From: Massalongia carnosa
Taxonomy: Eukaryota
Assembly: GCA_965645245.1 (NCBI GenBank)
Contig: OZ287076.1
Span: 1,922,001 to 1,986,000 of the forward strand
Length of the DNA stretch: 64,000 nt
Direction: 5' to 3'
Below are positions 58,893 to 64,000 of this stretch, one piece after another. The notes beneath the pieces were generated by a model. It was given only the letters and a program-made list of their open reading frames with translations, was not told the DNA's origin and searched no databases. The translations under genes and the position numbers were made by a program. Positions within the stretch are counted from its first letter, which is position 1. Every line of letters starts with the position of its first letter.

Positions 58893-60338
58893 ATGGCCAC
58901 AATTCACCTTTCCTTTTTAGCCACCGCGACCACCACCACCACCATCATTCTATCACCGACAACCTGCCAACCAGATGTATATTCCTGGGACTGGCTTATC
59001 TTCCTCCTTGCTGCACTGACGGCCGTCACCTCGTGCATCACTTTCTGCTACTGGGCCAGTGCGGCGGCGACCGCGAAAAGGGTAGCAACTTCATCATCCG
59101 ACTCGTGTGCCTTAGAGGCACCTATCATATCTGTTGCGACCATGGAGGAATGGTTGAACAACTGCCAGGCAGCCACTAGTCCGCCGCCGACCGAGCCTGT
59201 GACCGAGTCACATGACACCGTGTCAGTCACCGAGTCTGCTGCGTCTGAGCTGAAAAAGCCAAAAACGGCATATTCGTATTCAGAGTCTGATTTACTTGCT
59301 GCACTAGCGCGGGCCGAAGAGGACCCGGTGGCCGATCCCAACTCTAATTCGTGCACGACGGCTAACACTGATTCTGCTTTGCCTTTTGCGTCAGTACGGT
59401 CAATTGATTCACCCGTCAAAGTTCCGGCCACCAATTCTGCCATGCATGCACCGATCATCATGCCTGATTCATCATCTTCTGATCAATCAGCTTCGTCTTC
59501 GCTCGCTGTCGATCCGGTAGTATTCGCGCTGATGCATGATTATCTTCTGATCAGGGCCATGACGCTAGTGACTCCGATAAGCCGAATGACGAAGATGTCG
59601 GTCAATGAAGCCTTGACGCATTTGGATCCGTTCTTATAAAAATTTATGCTAGAAACCGATGAGGGAGCAAAGATTTTGCTAGAACTGAAGAATCAGGTGC
59701 TTCAACGTCGCATGCAGACCGATCATGACAAGGCGCATGATACACGTGGTTCAGCTAGCCCATCCCCTCCGCCCCGCTCTGAGGCCTCTGTTTCAGCCAA
59801 CCGTGTGACCCATTCACCAAGCGGACGACTAGCAAGCAGAGCTCCACCGAGCAGGACTTCCGGGCCCACGCCCCCTCTTCGTCGGACAGCTGCTCCGCTC
59901 CCATCGGGGCCATGGCAGTCGGAACGTGCTAGGCAGGCAAAAGTGGATCGTCGGCAACAGCAGCAGCAGAGCCCTTGGCCGGAACAGAGTAGTTCCAATT
60001 CATTTAACAGGCCCGGCCTGTTAAATCAGCAGTCACCACCTCCGACACCTCCGACACCTCCGACACCTCCGACCCCGACACCTCAATGCAGCGTATTCGG
60101 ACCTTTATTTATGGGACGTGACGAACCGCGACCGACGGGTGCGTACGTACCACCTTACCTACGAGCTAACTACATGCAGTCAGAGCAGGACTGCTCGGCC
60201 AATCAGAACAGGTTTGTACGATATGTTTCAACTCCGGAGGGCTGGAAACAAATTGCTAGTGTCATGAATAACGTTAGCAAGTTGACAGGTTTTGAGGTCG
60301 ATTATGCTTGGGGCTTCAACCGAGCGGGCATGAGCTAG
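58893..60338 (+). pseudogene. Low-complexity cargo ORF (~480 codons, one N-terminal hydrophobic helix) with one in-frame TAA at 59637-59639
   Basis: ORFs 58893-59639 and 59646-60338 share a frame (TTC TTA TAA AAT TTT ATG). Confidence 0.5.
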
Positions 60339-60588
60339 GACAAATATGAAGGGATAAACTGAGTGGTGGCGAACGGTAGAAGGGTGAAACAAACAGACAA
60401 ATGATCGAATCAACAGAGCATCACTGCATCGATGAATGAATCGTCAGGTCCATCAATAACCGACTAGCTGTATGAATAGATGTGTCTATTATAGCTGTAT
60501 GTGTTGATAGCAGTACGAATAAATGATCCGAAGATAGACGTCTCGAAAGATGAGAAGACAAAGTGCAAGAAAAAGACTCATATAACCG

Positions 60589-61020
60589 GGTCACGGAATC
60601 GCTTCGCACCCTCCCGCTTGTCCTGATCGGGTTAGTATTTAACAGGGCCTATTGCTGTGAAATCTCACCCATCCGTGCTCAGGCGTTCTTCTGCCTCCCT
60701 CGGTGCACTATCAATGTCCTACAATCCGTATCCAATCTCCACGTCTCCACTATCCAGGCTTATGACTGAGAGTGCTTCAGCACAGATAAAGGCGGGATAG
60801 GTCAAAGCAATCATGTTAAGGAAATTAGTATAGGAATAGAGATGGGGCAAGTCGAGAATAGGAGAGTTGAAAGCCATGGCTATAAAGTCTATGTGGTTTC
60901 CCTGGTGTTTAGAGCTCTTCATCGGACGTCTTGTGTATTATTCTCAACTTCTAGTTTTAGCATATCTAGATATCCGTTCTGCAAGATGGAGTTTTGTATC
61001 TCTCCAGCCCTCCCCTGACA
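60589..61020 (+). mobile_element. Solo LTR of the Gypsy-A family
   Basis: Reverse complement of 15263-15692; TSD AACCG (60584-60588, 61021-61025). Confidence 0.93.
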
Positions 61021-61205
61021 AACCGGAACGCCAAGACGCCAGCGCCCAACCACCTGACAAATCACCTGACTTGTTACCGACCGGGTAGAGTTCGACTCGA
61101 CCACTTCACAACGGCTTGGGTTTTCAGAAGAGAAACCCGACCCGTTGCGCGGCGTAGTCATAATAAGATTCGACATCGAGTCAAAATCAACCTTTTTACA
61201 ATATC

Positions 61206-61357
61206 AGTTAAATGGTATATCAGGTAGGGAGGAGAGAAGACTGCATGAAGGTGTGTTCTATTGAGATCTGTCTACATGGCTATTATATACTGCCTAGCGC
61301 GCCAAGGCTCGCAGGGCTGCGATACAACTATAAAGGGGGTTTGAGGATAAGTTAACA
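61206..61357. mobile_element. 152-bp solo-LTR-like element, an empty-site copy of the Gypsy-A target
   Basis: Inverted match to 15139-15262 plus 21921-21947; flanks ATATC/ATCTC. Confidence 0.75.
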
Positions 61358-62214
61358 ATCTCAATCAATATTTTTTAAGCTCTTCGAGGGTTCGAATTTT
61401 TGTGAATGTAATTTGTTGATATTGAAACACTTTATTCGAGAAATTCTTAAAGTCAGTTCAAGATTGTTATTAGGTATTGACGTTTAATTCTTCTCAATTT
61501 TTAACGAACGTGACTTTGTATTGAATTCCGAATTTTCTAGTCTCACCGTTGTCACGATAATATAACATAGCATGCATTCGTACTCTAATTGTTGCGAATT
61601 TCCTAAGTTGCCGCATTTTCTTGAGTTCCCGCATAACTATTTTTAGCTAAGCTCAATTGGGTAATCGCAAAATCTTTAACGAGTTCGATTTCTAATGTGG
61701 CGGGATGAGATTTCAAATCACTCTTTTACGGCATGATAAACCGCGAGAAGATGAATAAGCTATAGTAGCTATTTTGCCATACATGGCGACAATGGCCTCA
61801 TCAGATTATCAATCCTTTCGGCTTCGTACATTCGAAAGTTGCGAAGTTCGGTCAGCAAAGCCGAATAGGGGTAATATTCTTTAGGTATAATAAGGCGTTG
61901 ATTTCTCATGTATTTTATCTATTTAGTCGTTATCAGGTAGCTATTCGGTATAATAAATATTCAGCTATTCAGCACTTATTCTTGTACCTTTATCATCCCA
62001 GACAACCTGCCTCCCATTATCCAGGCGCGTTTCAACACTAATACTTGCTTATCTCCGTGATAAGCCCGGCTTAACTCTTTGGTCCTTCTATTATGAAACG
62101 GGGAGACCTTCTCCTAGCAGGCATTCACTACTGGAAGATGGAATCCACAGGGGCTACACAACGTGCTGGTCACAATAGAGGTACAAAATAGGTAGGGTAG
62201 GGTCAAAGGGTAGA

Positions 62215-63414
62215 TGTAATACGGATGGCGCTAGAAGGATACGTGATCGCCTACGGCGGTTGCAGGATTAACTAGCATGAGCCAGGCCATAGTACTTAGT
62301 CGCATAGCCGTCGAGGCTGATACGACGCCACCTTGCCACACAAATCCGAATTAGTTGTTACTACGTTCTAGACTTCTTACAGATCAAACACCTGTCGAGG
62401 CCGCGGTGGTAGATTACCATGGAGTATGGCGAACTCCTGCGGAGACTAGCCGTGAACTCTATATGGAAACTACTGGCCTACTCGGAGCTACTCGATCTCT
62501 TGATGGATCAAGAGTTGTAGCAGGAGGCACGGCTAGCTGGAAGCAGCTTGAGCTCGGCCTCCCCGGTGTAAAATTCAGCTTCAACCTTTATTGCTACGCT
62601 AGTAGTGATGTCGGCTGAACGAACCTACATGACCTTGTGGTCTAGACCTTGTGTCTAGAGACAGGTCCGCAGTGTAGATAGAGATTCAGTCGGAGGTAAC
62701 CTTCCATCGCTACGTTGGTAGTGGTGACGGCAAAATGAAGCTACATAGCCTCGGCGTCTAGGCTTTATATTTAGAGGCAGGCTAGCAATGTAGCGAGGGA
62801 TCTAGCCGGAGGTAGAAGTGTTCTACCTTGCAAGGGAAGGTCTAGAAGGCCGCTCGAGGCTGACTAGATGATCCAGCGAACGCCGAGTTCGTAGATGGAT
62901 ACTGAGGGATGGTTAGATGTAAGGCGATATGGTCAGAAGTGGGTTGCAAGGCTCCTAAGGTTCCAAGGCTCCCAAGGCTATAGGCTTGGGGTGAGTAGGA
63001 TAAATACCAGAACGAATCCTGTATACGCCGCGGAATGGGTTGGGTTTTGCCACAGTTGGGTAACCCAAGTTACTAATATTAGTATACTTTTAAGGGTTTA
63101 ATTCTATGTATAGTATACTAGTATACTAAATATAGTTGTTTGGGTTGGGTTTTCATGGTCAGAACCCAACCCATTCCGCAGCGTAATCCTGTAGTATTCT
63201 TTAACAGTTAGTCTTTATTCTATGAATAACCTACGTTTGGGTCTCTTACGAGATCTCTTGGTCTAAGCACTTCCATATCTATTAGTTCTTTAGATCACGT
63301 ATACTATCGGAGACCAGCACGTAGATAGCTATCTTCCACCTCTCACGCTGAGCATTTCCCCTTTCGAGATCAGTGTCGCTCGTGATTAGCTTACTGGTCT
63401 TCTTGCCCATTACA
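62215..63414 (+). mobile_element. Diverged solo LTR of the Gypsy-B family
   Basis: TGTAATACGGATGG...CCCATTACA; TSD GTAGA/GTAAA. Confidence 0.93.
63024..63185. mobile_element. 162-bp hAT-type MITE inside the solo LTR
   Basis: TIR TACGC(C/T)GCGGAATGGGTTGGGTT; 8-bp TSD ATCCTGTA; the matching site in the Gypsy-B LTR (ATCTTGTA, ~51012-51019) is empty. Confidence 0.9.
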
Positions 63415-64000
63415 GTAAACTAAATGCTACCCTTTTGAAGTGCTTAATCATTGATCTATATAGGGTAGGACAATACACAACCTAAACTCTTCTTCTATAC
63501 CTCGCCCATAGTACCTGGTATTTTCGGTCTCCGAAAAACTTCGATCACCGAAAGACACGGTAGATGAGACTAGGCAGGCGAGCTAGGGGAGGTGAGGTGA
63601 GGCGATGTGAGGGGATACTTCGTGTACTACGAAAATACCTCCATAATAAGTTTAATCCCTACACTATGCCTAACTGGGTTAGGCGGGACCTTATTGTCTT
63701 GGTAGCTGTTTTAGCTATACGTATCCCACATAGCCACAAAGGCCAGTCTTACGTTCAACGAACACATACTAGGCCTACCCTATTACACATGATAGGAGCA
63801 GGTCCAGATTGGGATTAGTCTAGATTAGCTGTATATAGACGAGCTTGCTCGCATATCTCAACTGATATCCTTTTACAGACTATTATTATGATGATGAACT
63901 TTACAACAGCAGTCTATTACTTTTAAGAGTTCTCATTTTTCGTATGATTCTTTCTCATCGTTTTCTGTTATCGAGATAGATGAGACTAACGAATGATCTT

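Larger units (their letters stand above)
58413..61056. mobile_element. Long-TIR non-autonomous element (~200-bp imperfect inverted repeats) carrying a cargo ORF
   Basis: 58413-~58620 is the reverse complement of ~60412-60588 plus 61026-61056 (right TIR split by a solo LTR); no transposase inside. Confidence 0.7.

Noticed and set aside
29400..61025. Same TSD AACCG at Copia-B and at the Gypsy-A solo LTR
   Set aside because: Different superfamilies, and the other TSDs in the window vary; most likely coincidence.
14662..61357. Starship or other giant cargo element
   Set aside because: No tyrosine-recombinase captain or typical cargo genes are visible; nested ordinary TEs explain the size.
61358..62214. 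Stop-riddled relic sequence (also 63420-64000)
   Set aside because: Looks like decayed coding DNA, but no motif could be recognised, so no call is made.

Overview
Filamentous-ascomycete genomic DNA (spliceosomal GT-AG introns with CTRAC-like branch sites) dominated by a deeply nested transposon cluster. Only three host genes are supported: a conserved membrane-anchored hypothetical protein (1346/1478-3353), a small DUF6924-like protein (11180-11802, minus) and a divergently transcribed secreted NucA/NucB-family DNase (13575-14460). The rest is mostly mobile DNA: a hAT transposase running off the left edge, five Ty1/copia elements (A 3601-10866; B 29405-35681 and C 36040-41535, both young with identical LTRs; degenerate D and E acting as hosts), two chromodomain Ty3/gypsy elements (15263-21915, 50210-57729), three Tc1/IS630-type DNA transposons, a fragmented piggyBac, a long-TIR element with a cargo ORF, solo LTRs and MITEs. 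Most notable: (1) a Tc1/IS630 DD34E element with ~217-bp TIRs and two convergent genes, each starting just inside a TIR (MuDR-like layout); (2) two DD38E Tc1-like elements with CAC...GTG ends and non-TA target duplications; (3) two copia families sharing an in-frame AGT-TGA-C gag/pol junction (stop-codon readthrough) and long tandem-repeat leaders; (4) Tf1-type self-priming signatures in both gypsy elements and half-tRNAiMet priming in the copias. All calls were made by eye; family names need HMM/BLAST confirmation.
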